A stretch of 53,761 nucleotides of DNA from Pirellulales bacterium (GCA_044237545.1 JBIIFB010000003.1:1-53761), one strand, 5' to 3'. Positions 27,163-36,764 are shown, counted from the first letter of the stretch. Translations and numbers: made by a program. The notes: generated by a model from the letters alone, not told the origin.

Positions 27163-28640
27163 GGGAGCGGGGCATGCTGGGGGCGGATGCCTGCACCGAG
27201 CACGCGGTCAAGAAATGAAAGCAGGGCCTGTCCGCCGGGACTGCCCAGATCGAGGCCGGGCCTGTGGCCTGTGTCGGGGAGCAGCAGCAGCGTGGTGTCG
27301 ACCCCCGCGGCCTTGAGCGCGGTAGCGAAATCGACCGCCTGCCTGACAGGTACGGCCTCGTCGGCGGTGCCGTGCACGATCAGCACGGGCGGATCGTCGG
27401 CAGAGATGTGGCTGACGGGGCTGGCCCGTTGTGCCGCCTCGCGAAATTCCGGCAGCGGCCCGCCCACCAGTCGGCTGGCGGAAGAGCCGGCACGGTCCTG
27501 GTCCGGGCCGAGCGTCGTGAGGCTTGCCGGAGCCGCCACCGCGCAGACAGCCGCCACCGTGCAGGCCGCCGCCGTGCTGGGAGAATGGCCATCCCCTGGC
27601 GGTTCGGTTAGCGGTTCGGTTAGCGGGTCGGTTAGCGGGTCGGTTAGCGGGTCGGTTAGCGGGTCGGTCGCGACGGAGCCACTGGCTGCCGTAGCTGCGG
27701 TCGAGAGTCCGACGAGCGCCGCCAGATGGCCGCCGGCACCGCTGCCGACAACAGCCACGCGACTGCGATCGATTCCCCAGACCTCGGCATTCTGCTCAAT
27801 CTCGGCGATGGCCGCGCGACAATCGTCGAGTTGCGCCGGAAACACCGCGGTATCGCTGAGACGGTAACCGATGCTTGCGACGGCATAGCCCTCGGAGGCC
27901 AGCCAGACGATGGGGCAATCAGCCTTGGAGCCGTCCCGCCAGGTATCGCCATGGATCCAGACCACCAGCGGCATGCCGCCAGAGTTGCAGCCGGCGGGAA
28001 GATGGATGTCGAACCGCTGCCTCCCATGACGGGCCAGTCCCGCCTGGTGTTGGCCATACGGCTGATCGCGATGCGTCGTGATCGCTGTGGCATCGCCACG
28101 GGCGACCTCAAATGGCGAAGCCAGCGTGGCGTCGGCCTGGATCGGCGCGACGACGGCGTTGCCGGTGAGTGGCGGCGGGCTACCTTCCCCGAAGATCGCG
28201 ATGCCTGCGGGCAGGGGCGTGGTTTCGAAGGCGTTCAACCCAGTGGCGGCCGACGGCATCTGCGACGACGGGCCGGGCGGCGGCACCTCGATCCGGACCT
28301 CGTCCAACGGCAAGCGGCGTCGGGAACTGCGGCGTTGTGCGCGGCGGGAACCACGCCGGCTTGGCGGCACTTCCACGCCCATGGGCGCATCTGCTGCCGG
28401 CCGGGGATCGTCCCGCCAGGCCAAAAGCATCTCTGGCCTGAGCATCTCCGGCTCAAGGTGGGGGGCAGTGTCGAGGTCCGGCAGGAGCAAACGCGGCCCG
28501 TCCGTGGTCGTGGGAAGCGATTCGCCCGCGACGGTCAGGTGCGACAGCGACACTGCCAGCAGGGGCAACACCACCAGCGTACGACCCAGCACATGAAACG
28601 GGCCGATCGGGAGTTGTGGTGCGGCACGGTGACTGGGCAT
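27159..28640 (-). CDS. Alpha/beta hydrolase (BD-FAE-like) with long low-complexity N-terminus; nucleophile Ser absent
   Basis: PLVVWIHGDTW, ASIGYRLS, FPAQLDDC, VVGSGAGGHLA, HGTADEAVP, TGH. Start uncertain (28640 or 28757). Confidence 0.8.
   Translation of the reverse strand: MPSHRAAPQLPIGPFHVLGRTLVVLPLLAVSLSHLTVAGESLPTTTDGPRLLLPDLDTAPHLEPEMLRPEMLLAWRDDPRPAADAPMGVEVPPSRRGSRRAQRRSSRRRLPLDEVRIEVPPPGPSSQMPSAATGLNAFETTPLPAGIAIFGEGSPPPLTGNAVVAPIQADATLASPFEVARGDATAITTHRDQPYGQHQAGLARHGRQRFDIHLPAGCNSGGMPLVVWIHGDTWRDGSKADCPIVWLASEGYAVASIGYRLSDTAVFPAQLDDCRAAIAEIEQNAEVWGIDRSRVAVVGSGAGGHLAALVGLSTAATAASGSVATDPLTDPLTDPLTDPLTEPLTEPPGDGHSPSTAAACTVAAVCAVAAPASLTTLGPDQDRAGSSASRLVGGPLPEFREAAQRASPVSHISADDPPVLIVHGTADEAVPVRQAVDFATALKAAGVDTTLLLLPDTGHRPGLDLGSPGGQALLSFLDRVLGAGIRPQHAPLP
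27601..27668. repeat. 12-bp in-frame tandem repeat (5.7 units, T-D/E-P-L)
   Basis: GG(T/G)TCGGTTAGC repeated inside the hydrolase gene. Confidence 0.9.
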
Positions 28641-28772
28641 GCCACAAGTATACAGCGTATAGAGAGCAAACATCCGGTGGTGTGCCGCACAGGATGGAAG
28701 CCCGCTTCGACCGTGAGCCCGCCGCGCGGCACGCGCGGCGGGCTCATCGGCAAACATCGCAGAGAACGTGGC

Positions 28773-29237
28773 CTAGCGGCGGGCCTGCATCTGGCCAGTC
28801 GGGGTCAGTTCATCGATGATCTTCGGAATGTAGCGGCTGAGCACTTCGGCCAATTGTTCACGGTCGATGTTGCGAGTGCCGGCGATCTCGTCGAGTTCGC
28901 GGCGGCCGAAGACATCCTCGATCTGACGGCGGTCGACCGGCTTGTTGGGCCCCGTGCGGACCCATGAATCGACCTGATCCCTCAGCCCCTTGTCCTCGAA
29001 CTGCTTGACGACCTCGGGCAGCTTCTGCGCCGACCCGCCGCCGAAGATCTGCGTGAAGATGTCCTGCAGATCGTTTGCGGAGGGCATGCCCTGCGGTCCA
29101 CCCTGCTGCGGGGCGCGTTGTTGCTGCTGCTGCTGTTGCTGTTGCTGCGGTGCGCGTTGCTGTGGGGCTGGGGCCTGCTGCTGTGCGGCACCCTCGAGCA
29201 CCTGCTTCAGAATCTCGCCGAGAATATCCATCGACAT
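28773..29237 (-). CDS. YidB/DUF937 family protein with poly-Gln insertion
   Basis: FEDKGLRDQVDSWVRTGPNKPV...LSRYIPKIIDELTPTGQM; GGAGG RBS; Q10 tract at 29118-29147. Confidence 0.88.
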   Translation of the reverse strand: MSMDILGEILKQVLEGAAQQQAPAPQQRAPQQQQQQQQQQRAPQQGGPQGMPSANDLQDIFTQIFGGGSAQKLPEVVKQFEDKGLRDQVDSWVRTGPNKPVDRRQIEDVFGRRELDEIAGTRNIDREQLAEVLSRYIPKIIDELTPTGQMQARR

Positions 29238-29380
29238 GCCTCCGAAAGAGAGTAACTGTCTGCGGCCAGTGTCCGGGATCAGGCACGCGGCCGGGATGGC
29301 CGCTGGGATGCCGTCGATCCAAGAACCGCAGACGTTTGTACCCTAGCAGATCGCGAAATCACCCGCGCCCCCTTGAGCCC

Positions 29381-29665
29381 CATACAAGCCCCCGGCGTGA
29401 GCCGGGGGATCGGCAGTACGGAATCCCGTCGCTCACGCTCAGGGCTTGTATGAAGCCCGGAGGCGAGGAATCCCGTCGCTCACGTCCCCATACAAGCCCC
29501 CGGCGTAAGCCGGGGGATCGGCAGTACGGAATCCCGTCGCTCGCGCTCAGGGCTTGTATGAACCCTTCCCATAAAAGCCCTCGGCGTGAGCCGGGGGATC
29601 GGCAGCGGGGAATCCCGTCGCTCACGCTCAGGGCTTGTATGGGAAGCGTGAGCGACGGGATTCCT
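29381..29665. repeat. REP cluster 2: three 72-bp inverted REP doublets (REPIN/BIME-like)
   Basis: CATACAAGCCCCCGGCGTGAGCCGGGGGATCGGCAG-N-GGAATCCCGTCGCTCACGCTCAGGGCTTGTATG at 29381-29452, 29489-29560 and 29570-29641, plus partial units. Confidence 0.92.
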
Positions 29666-29758
29666 CGCTGAGCCCGGTGCTCAGCCGGAGAACACCGGTC
29701 GGGAACACCCACCCCCACGACGGTTCGGGGAACGCGAGAGGATCATGTGTCAGCCGTA

Positions 29759-30973
29759 TTACCGGGGGCTCTTTGCCACTTCGTCAGGAGTTCGCCACTC
29801 GAGCGTGGCCTGCTTCTGTTCGAGATCGACCATGACATCGACATGCTCGAAACGCCGCTTGTAGACAAAGCCTTCTCGCGTCGCAGGCCCGAGCGGGGCA
29901 CCGAGCGGTTTGTCGTACTGCGGAAACCGCTTGAGCCAGACCTTGCTTTGGCACTCACCGCGGCGGAGATCGGCGGAATACCCATCGTGGAGGTAGAGGT
30001 AGCTGGAACGCTCGGCACAGATGAGAAACAACCCGATCAGGTAGTTCGCCCGTTCCTCCATTGTCTCCAGGCCATCGACACGCGTGCGGGCGTCGTCAAT
30101 CTTCGTCGCGTCCGCCGCCGATTCGCCCAGTCCCAGCGTCATCGCGATGATCCTGCCGTCACGGGCCGCCTGCTGGAACGCCTCAATTCCCTTGGCAACG
30201 AGTTCGGCCTCTTTCATCTTGCCCACCACAACATCGAAACCCTCGATGTAGGAGCCGTCGAAGGATTCGAGGTATCCCAGCCCGGCGTCCGGAAAGAAAC
30301 TGGCCCGGATGATGTTGGCGATCAGGAGATCCGACTTGGGAATATCTGCCCGGATCCGCTTGATCATGTCACGGTAGCCGGCGGTGACAGCCTCTTTCTT
30401 GCCGGCCGGAAGCTGCCTGGCCAGATAGGGTGTGAGCGCTTTGACGTTGCCGTCGAGAAACAGGCCGTCGATTGCGTCATGGCGACAGACACTGATGGCC
30501 GTGTCGACCCACCAGTCGACGACCTGCGGGTTGGCAAGGTCATATGCCTCACTGACATTCCTGACGAGCCGCGTGTTGCCTCGCGCATCAATCAGAAATG
30601 GATGCTGGATCTGGCTCAGCCGGTCATCAAACGAATAACCGCCGTAATGCACGAGCACGTTGCGGTAGAAGAGCACCTTCGTGCGTGGGTTTCGCTGCTT
30701 GATCGCCTGCGCGGCAACGAGGGTGCCCTCATCGGTCGATCCACTCGACCGATGTCCCGTCGTTTTCTCGAGCGTCACCAACGGAAACGTGGCGAGGAAA
30801 TCGAGTTCCTGATCGGTGAAGGCGGTCGCTTTGCGGACATGCATGTAGAGCGGGATCGTGTCCCAGCTGAAATCGGGAAAACGCTGATCTCCCGCCGGCA
30901 CAGGTTCGGCAGCGAGGGCGAACGCCCCCCCAAGAACCACTGCCAGAGGAGTCAGGAGGCTCACAACTCGCAT
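29759..30973 (-). CDS. Secreted putative glycoside hydrolase (GHL15-like TIM barrel)
   Basis: Signal peptide; FSWDTIPLYMH, FPLVTLEK, KVLFYRN, IDGLFLDGN, YDKPLGAPLGPA, KRRFEHVDVMVDL resemble the hypothetical glycosyl hydrolase family 15 pattern. Function is inferred. Confidence 0.72.
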   Translation of the reverse strand: MRVVSLLTPLAVVLGGAFALAAEPVPAGDQRFPDFSWDTIPLYMHVRKATAFTDQELDFLATFPLVTLEKTTGHRSSGSTDEGTLVAAQAIKQRNPRTKVLFYRNVLVHYGGYSFDDRLSQIQHPFLIDARGNTRLVRNVSEAYDLANPQVVDWWVDTAISVCRHDAIDGLFLDGNVKALTPYLARQLPAGKKEAVTAGYRDMIKRIRADIPKSDLLIANIIRASFFPDAGLGYLESFDGSYIEGFDVVVGKMKEAELVAKGIEAFQQAARDGRIIAMTLGLGESAADATKIDDARTRVDGLETMEERANYLIGLFLICAERSSYLYLHDGYSADLRRGECQSKVWLKRFPQYDKPLGAPLGPATREGFVYKRRFEHVDVMVDLEQKQATLEWRTPDEVAKSPR

Positions 30974-31080
30974 CGTTGCCTTTTCTTCGAGACGGAGAAG
31001 TTGTCGGTTGAGTGGCCCCGCATCCGTGATGCGACTGGGCCCGTCGTGTTGTAGTTGAGACGGTTTGCCGCAGGCGTGGC

Positions 31081-31141
31081 ATCCGGTGTTTGCGGGACGG
31101 GGCGACAGATTCGAGGGCGTGGCTCACCCTCAAAATGAGGG
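31081..31141 (-). promoter_or_regulatory. Candidate response-regulator site(s) between the divergent GH and kinase genes
   Basis: Minus strand GTCCCGCAAACACCGGAT (31098-31081) matches the 33868 copy at 14/18 and the 35668 copy at 13/18. Separate palindrome CCCTCA-AAA-TGAGGG at 31127-31141. Confidence 0.45.
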
Positions 31142-31183
31142 CGGCGCGTTGAAGGCTGACCTCGTGTATGGCAGTCTGACGGA

Positions 31184-33208
31184 ATGGGTTTTCATTTTCG
31201 ATGGCTTCTGGTGACCGCACTGCTCCCGGCCTGGTGTGGCTGTGGCAGCAGCACAGACATGCCCCCCGCCGTGCCGCGGCTCGATCAAAGCCTTGCGGAG
31301 CTTGAGCAACGCGTCGAGGACATCGATTCCCGGCTGGGCACGCTGGCGCATTTCACGATGCAGACCGGTGCCGGAGCGATCGGTTACCGGTCGGTCGCCC
31401 ACGACACGGCCGCCCACAAGGAGTGGGTGCAGATCGATCTGGGCGAACCCGGTCCCATCGACGAAATCGTCATCGTGCCGACGATCTACCGGAGATTTGA
31501 TTCACAACTCCAGGCCGATGGCTTTCCAGAGGCCTTTCGGGTCGTGGCAGGGACAGGAGACGAGGCTGACGGCACCGTCATCGCGTCGTTCACGGCCGAT
31601 GATCGCCTCCTCCCGCGGATCGCCCCGGTCGTGATTCCCTGCCAGGTTCAAGCGTCTTGGGTGAGGCTAGAGTCGACAACGCTTTCGGCTCGGGCCTGGG
31701 ATGGCAAATACGTGCTTCAGCTTTCCGAGATTCTCGTCTTTCGGGGAGAAGACAATATCGCCGTTGGCCAGCCCGTGACGGCGTCATCGAGCGTCAATCA
31801 GGATCAGGCCGCTCGGCATATGCGGTTCCTGGTAGACGGGTTCGTGCCCTACCTGATGGATGCCGCCGCTGGCGACCAGGGCGTCGACTTCATCCTTGAG
31901 TTGTCCGGCAAAGAACCGCTCTCGATCGAGGTCGATCTCGGGGATGTGCACCGCCTCAGTCGGATCCACCTTCATGCCATCGGCATCAGCGATAACGTGC
32001 CGCAGGCCCAACAGAGTGACTTCGGGATTCCGAGACGGATGCTGCTCGAAGCGGCAACCAAGTCTGATTGTATGGATGCAACAGCCCTCGTTGACTCCCG
32101 CAGAGAATCGATTCTCGATGCCGGTCCGATCATGGTCCATTCGTTTCCTGAATGTGCAGCCCGATACGTGCGGCTCACCGTCACGGAGCCGTGGACGCCC
32201 ATGGGTACAGGCAACCCGTTGTTTGGCATCGCCGAGGTGGAGTGTTTCGCCGCCGGGCGGAACGTGGCTCTCGGCTGCCCGGTGACGATGCGTGGCGGCG
32301 GGCGAGACGAAACGCCACGCCAACGACGCTTGGCCGCGATCACCGACGGCCGCAACTTTTACGGCACAATTCTGCCGATCCGGCAGTGGCTCGAAGAACT
32401 TTCTCAGCGACACGATCTGGAGGTCGCACGGCCGGCCCTGCAGGCGGCGATCCAGGACCGCTACCAGCGGCAGGCCACGCGGGTCCGCTGGCTCGGGGGG
32501 TTGGCCGTGTTGCTCGGTGGGCTCATCGCCCTTTCGATCGTGGCGGAACGAATTCTGCGGCAGCGAGCCATTGCCAGAACACGGGAGCAGATCGCGGCGG
32601 ATCTCCACGACGAACTCGGTGCCAACCTCCATGCCATCGCCTTGTACGGCGACCTCGCGAAGGCGAATCACGACAATCTCGAGAAGCTGCGGCTCATTCT
32701 CGACCAGATGCGGGCCCTCACCGAACGCAGCGGCCTGGCGGCCCGCTCCTGCGTCAACCTGCTTGAATCCCGCGGGCTCTACGAGGGACTGGCAGCTGAC
32801 ATGCGCCGCACCGCCACGCGACTCCTGGCCGATATCGACTATTCGCTCGATATCGAAAACGAATACCTCCTCGCATCGCTTCCCCAACGGCAGCAGGTGG
32901 GGATGGCGCTCTTCTATAAGGAATGTCTGGCAAACATCATTCGCCACTCCGGGGCGACCCGGGTCGTCACGCGGCTTGTGGCAACGCCCCGGGTGCTTCA
33001 CCTGGCGGTGACGGACGATGGTCAAGGGCTTGCCGCCGGCCCGCGGGGGCGGCTCGGAAGCCACGCTGTGCCCCACTCGCTCCGTCGCCGGGCGCGGCTC
33101 CTCGGAGCACGGGTGGCGGCACGAGATGGCCCAGAGTCCGGCACATGCGTCAGCCTCACGTTGTCCACCTCTTCCTGGTGGAAGCCATCATCATGGATCC
33201 AATCATGA
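31184..33208 (+). CDS. Sensor histidine kinase (HisKA_3 type) with two extracytoplasmic discoidin/F5-8-like domains
   Basis: Signal peptide; WVQIDLG...SWVRL...LSEI and IEVDLG...ARYVRL...IAEVE; TM WLGGLAVLLGGLIALSIVA; IAADLHDELG, ECLANIIRHS, DDGQG. Confidence 0.9.
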   Translation: MGFHFRWLLVTALLPAWCGCGSSTDMPPAVPRLDQSLAELEQRVEDIDSRLGTLAHFTMQTGAGAIGYRSVAHDTAAHKEWVQIDLGEPGPIDEIVIVPTIYRRFDSQLQADGFPEAFRVVAGTGDEADGTVIASFTADDRLLPRIAPVVIPCQVQASWVRLESTTLSARAWDGKYVLQLSEILVFRGEDNIAVGQPVTASSSVNQDQAARHMRFLVDGFVPYLMDAAAGDQGVDFILELSGKEPLSIEVDLGDVHRLSRIHLHAIGISDNVPQAQQSDFGIPRRMLLEAATKSDCMDATALVDSRRESILDAGPIMVHSFPECAARYVRLTVTEPWTPMGTGNPLFGIAEVECFAAGRNVALGCPVTMRGGGRDETPRQRRLAAITDGRNFYGTILPIRQWLEELSQRHDLEVARPALQAAIQDRYQRQATRVRWLGGLAVLLGGLIALSIVAERILRQRAIARTREQIAADLHDELGANLHAIALYGDLAKANHDNLEKLRLILDQMRALTERSGLAARSCVNLLESRGLYEGLAADMRRTATRLLADIDYSLDIENEYLLASLPQRQQVGMALFYKECLANIIRHSGATRVVTRLVATPRVLHLAVTDDGQGLAAGPRGRLGSHAVPHSLRRRARLLGARVAARDGPESGTCVSLTLSTSSWWKPSSWIQS

Positions 33209-33876
33209 CCGTACCGACCGACTCGATCCGCATCATGCTCGTGGAAGATAATGCCGAATATCGGCGGGTCATCGCGATGGCCATCGAAGACCAGTCAGGC
33301 ATGCAGTTGCTGCGGCATTTCGGCACTACCGAAGTAGCCCTGCGAACTCTGTCAGCGGCCGCCACCGCCGACCAGCCCGACATTCTCCTGCTCGATCTGC
33401 GGCTACCCGGCATGGGAGGGCTCGAGGCGATCCCGCTGATTCGGAAGGCTGCCCCCGCGGTGAAGATCATCGTGCTGTCTCAATCAGACGAGCCAAGAGA
33501 TATCTACCGGGCGATCGCCACCGGCGTATCGGGCTACCTCCTCAAGAGTGCCACGCTGGAGGAGATCGCCAACGGCATCCGCATGGTGGCCGCCGGCGGA
33601 GCGTCGCTCGACAAGCACGTGGCCCGCTACATCCTCGATGCAATGCGGCCGCAGCCGGCGGCGATGCCACCGCTCACCGATCGCGAGCAGAAGATTCTCG
33701 AACTGTTGGCCGAGGGACTCGTCAAGAAGGAGATCGCCAGCCGCCTCGGGATCGGCTACGCCACGGTCGACACCCACGTGTCGCACATCTATGCCAAGCT
33801 CAACGTCCCCAACGCGCCGGCGGCGGTGAGCCAGGCCTATGAGCGCGGCATCCTGCCCTCGAGGCCTGTCCGGTGA
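33205..33876 (+). CDS. NarL/LuxR-family response regulator
   Basis: IMLVED, LLDLRLPGMGG, GYLLK, LTDREQKILELLAEG...KEIA...TVDTHVSHIYAKL; ATGA overlap with the kinase stop. Confidence 0.95.
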   Translation: MTVPTDSIRIMLVEDNAEYRRVIAMAIEDQSGMQLLRHFGTTEVALRTLSAAATADQPDILLLDLRLPGMGGLEAIPLIRKAAPAVKIIVLSQSDEPRDIYRAIATGVSGYLLKSATLEEIANGIRMVAAGGASLDKHVARYILDAMRPQPAAMPPLTDREQKILELLAEGLVKKEIASRLGIGYATVDTHVSHIYAKLNVPNAPAAVSQAYERGILPSRPVR

Positions 33877-33885
33877 ACACCTGAT
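33868..33885 (+). promoter_or_regulatory. Candidate response-regulator binding site upstream of the sulfatase
   Basis: GTCCGGTGAACACCTGAT, 15/18 identical to the perfect palindrome at 35668; overlaps the regulator's stop codon. Confidence 0.55.
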
Positions 33886-33906
33886 TGGCCGAAGCGGAAA
33901 ACCCGC

Positions 33907-33976
33907 ACATAGTTTTTAGGACATAGTGTTCAGGACATAGTTTCTGGGACATAGTTTCTGGGACATAGTTTTTGGG
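33907..33976. repeat. Intergenic 14-bp tandem repeat x5
   Basis: ACATAGTTTTTAGG ACATAGTGTTCAGG ACATAGTTTCTGGG ACATAGTTTCTGGG ACATAGTTTTTGGG. Confidence 0.92.
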
Positions 33977-34013
33977 TTCTCGCTGAAGAGAGCGTCGCAA
34001 AGGGATACAGATC

Positions 34014-35468
34014 GTGAGAACGCTGATCGCCATGCTGGGGCTTGCCAGCGTGCACTTGATCTCATGGTGGGCCGTATGGTGGGGCTCATGGTGGGGCTCG
34101 CTCGCCTCGGCCGCAGAGCCCCCGCCCGCCGCGCCCCCCAACATCGTCTTCATCTATGCCGACGACATGGGCTGGGGTGACCTCGCCTGCCACGGCACTT
34201 CCTGGCTCAAGACGCCCAATCTCGACCGCCTCGCCCGGTCCGGGATCGACTTCCAACAATTCAACGTGCTCAGTCCCGTCTGTTCGCCGAGCCGGGTGGC
34301 GGCGATGACCGGTCAGTTTCCTTCCCGCTACTGCATCTACACCGCGTTTGGATCACCGGAGACAAACCGCGCTCAAGGCATGGCTGACTGGCTTGATCCG
34401 CAGGCCCCCACGCTCCCCCGGTTTTTGCAGTCGGCAGGCTACCGAACTGCCCATGTCGGCAAATGGCACATGGGAAGCGGTGATTTGCCCGGGGCTCCGG
34501 TGATGGAGGCGTATGGGATCGATGCATCCGTGGTGTACCACGGCCCGGGGCCGCGGCTCGCCAAGCGGCAGGTCGCCGCCTCGGCCGTGCAGTTTATTGA
34601 AAATCTTCAATCCAAACAGCCATTTTTTCTCAACATCTGGATTCCTCAGACGCATCTCGTGCTGCAGCCCAGCCGGGCGTCGATGGACCTCTTTCAGGAA
34701 CTTGATCCGCGGCGACAGGTGTATGCCGCCACGGTCTACGACGCCGACCAAACCGTGGGCCGGGTGCTCGAGGCCCTCCGCGCCGCCGGCGTCGAGGAGA
34801 ACACGATCGTTCTCTTCTCGAGCGACAATGGCCCTGCCGGGGTCGAGTGGCAGCCCAATGCCCGCCCGCCGCGTCCCGAAGACGGCACCATGGAAAAGGG
34901 CTTTGGCAAGTATTACAGCGTTGGCTCCACCGGCGGGCTCCGGGGACGCAAGGCCCATCTCTACGAAGGAGGCGTTCGCACGCCGCTGCTCGTCCGCTGG
35001 CCCGGCAAGGCACCCGCCGGCACAATCAACGACACCACGGTGTTCACGGCCGTCGACCTGCTGCCGACGCTGTGTGCTGCCGTCGGGATGACCCTTCCCG
35101 CTGCGTATCGAGGCGACGGTGAAAATCTACTGCCAGCTTGGCTGGGCGAGCCCATCCGGCGAACGACGCCGATTTTCTGGCATGTCCAGGGCGGTGCCGC
35201 AAACATCCGTTCCAGAAAAACGGGTAGCTATGCGATGCGGGATGGCGACTGGAAGCTGTATGTCAGTGGCGATGGGAGCCACGCTGAACTCCACGATCTC
35301 GCCACCGACCGGAGTGAATCGAAGGACGTGAGCCAGCAGCATCCAGGCATCGTCGGCCGCATGTCCGCGGCGATTACGGCCTGGAAAGCCACGCTCCCCG
35401 ACAAGCCCAATCCCGCCTGCGTCGCCCAAACCGTGCCCGCGGACCGCGAGCCGGAGCCGGCTCAGTAG
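34014..35468 (+). CDS. Secreted single-domain S1 sulfatase
   Basis: GTG start and signal peptide; PNIVFIYADDMG, CSPSRVAAMTG, GKWHMG, SDNGP, YEGGVRTP. Confidence 0.95.
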   Translation: MRTLIAMLGLASVHLISWWAVWWGSWWGSLASAAEPPPAAPPNIVFIYADDMGWGDLACHGTSWLKTPNLDRLARSGIDFQQFNVLSPVCSPSRVAAMTGQFPSRYCIYTAFGSPETNRAQGMADWLDPQAPTLPRFLQSAGYRTAHVGKWHMGSGDLPGAPVMEAYGIDASVVYHGPGPRLAKRQVAASAVQFIENLQSKQPFFLNIWIPQTHLVLQPSRASMDLFQELDPRRQVYAATVYDADQTVGRVLEALRAAGVEENTIVLFSSDNGPAGVEWQPNARPPRPEDGTMEKGFGKYYSVGSTGGLRGRKAHLYEGGVRTPLLVRWPGKAPAGTINDTTVFTAVDLLPTLCAAVGMTLPAAYRGDGENLLPAWLGEPIRRTTPIFWHVQGGAANIRSRKTGSYAMRDGDWKLYVSGDGSHAELHDLATDRSESKDVSQQHPGIVGRMSAAITAWKATLPDKPNPACVAQTVPADREPEPAQ

Positions 35469-35553
35469 GACAGATGCCGGCACGATCGCCATCTGTCAAA
35501 TCGGCGTCGAGTAGCAGTCGGCCCGTCCCGCTCACCTCGCCGCCCTACAGGCC

Positions 35554-35597
35554 TAGAGTCCCTCCAGGTTGAGAGTCCCTCCAGGTTTAGAGACCCT
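35554..35597. repeat. 17-bp tandem repeat (about 2.5 units)
   Basis: AGAGTCCCTCCAGGTT at 35555 and 35572; partial AGAGACCCT at 35589. Confidence 0.75.
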
Positions 35598-35667
35598 GCT
35601 GCGGCACCCGGCCCCTTGGGGCGAAACCGCAAGAAAAACCAGGACTTCCCGCCATTATTCTGGGCTC

Positions 35668-35685
35668 ATCAGGTAAACACCTGAT
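35668..35685 (+). promoter_or_regulatory. Perfect palindrome, candidate response-regulator site upstream of DUF1559
   Basis: ATCAGGT-AAAC-ACCTGAT; a -10-like TATGAT follows at 35715-35720. Confidence 0.6.
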
Positions 35686-35777
35686 AGCCCGCCGGGGATC
35701 GAGAAGTGACAATCTATGATGGTGTGCTCGTGCGGGCTCAGAGAGGGGATTCTCAGGGGATCGATAGGAGATAGATT

Positions 35778-36764
35778 ATGGTTTTTTCCCACGTCCACAA
35801 AAAAGCCTTCACTCTCGTTGAGCTTCTCGTGGTGATCGCCATCATTGGCGTGCTGGTTGGGCTTCTTCTTCCCGCCGTGCAGTCGGCCCGCGAGTCGGCG
35901 AGGCGGGCCATCTGCCAGAACAACATCAAGCAACTCTCTCTTGCGATTCATAACTACGCTGACGCCAACAAGCAGCTCCCGCCCGGCTGGAATTGGGAGA
36001 GAAATACCGGCCTGACTACTACAGAAAATAACTATGTAGCGAACCCTTCCTGGGGTTTCTTTATCCTGCCGTTTACAGAGGAAAACGCTCTGGCGGACAC
36101 GATCGGGGGCGGCAACACATCAGCGACCTTTGCCGACAGAATCGAAAGTAATACAAACGGCACCCGTACCGCCATCAATCAAGCTCAACTTCCGACGCAT
36201 CGCTGCCCGTCGGATCCGGACACTCGACTTATGGGCGACAATAGATACCTACGGGGCACGAGCACGACCGCGAGATGCAACGCCGCAGTTCGCTCAAACT
36301 ACGTGGGCAACAACGGATTCCAATCCGTTGAAACTATTACGGGCGCGTCGTTCAAGGGCGCACTGGGCAATGGTGCCGAGGGCGTGAGGGTTCAACTCGC
36401 ACCCAAGGATTTCACAGACGGGACCAGCAATACAGTCTTGCTAGGAGAACGCTCGCTCAATTTCTTCAACGGCACTAGCGTGATGGACTGTATGGGAGCA
36501 AATCCACTTGGTACGAGTGGCATTCTCACTTCCGGCACCCGATGGCAGCTCCAGCGTTCGGCTGATGTGCTGTTCTGTGGTTGGGGTGGCATCAACGGAC
36601 AGACCGCCGACCAGTGCAGAACGGGACTTGCGAGTCAACACCAGGGCGGCTGTAACATCGCCATGGTTGATGGTTCCACCCGCTTCCAAAGCGACGACGT
36701 GGATCAGAATACAAACGGCTTGTGGCACCGCATGCTCGATCGCAACGACGGCCAAGCAAACTAA
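35778..36764 (+). CDS. DUF1559 prepilin-type N-terminal cleavage/methylation protein
   Basis: AGGAG RBS; KAFTLVELLVVIAIIGVLVGLLLPAVQSARESARR, CPSD, DGTSNT and C-terminal H-X9-DG (HQGGCNIAMVDG). Confidence 0.96.
   Translation: MVFSHVHKKAFTLVELLVVIAIIGVLVGLLLPAVQSARESARRAICQNNIKQLSLAIHNYADANKQLPPGWNWERNTGLTTTENNYVANPSWGFFILPFTEENALADTIGGGNTSATFADRIESNTNGTRTAINQAQLPTHRCPSDPDTRLMGDNRYLRGTSTTARCNAAVRSNYVGNNGFQSVETITGASFKGALGNGAEGVRVQLAPKDFTDGTSNTVLLGERSLNFFNGTSVMDCMGANPLGTSGILTSGTRWQLQRSADVLFCGWGGINGQTADQCRTGLASQHQGGCNIAMVDGSTRFQSDDVDQNTNGLWHRMLDRNDGQAN

Noticed and set aside
29381-29665. Repeat cluster as CRISPR or as coding ORFs (29075..29671, 29359..29718)
   Set aside because: These are inverted REP doublets; the ORFs simply translate the repeats.
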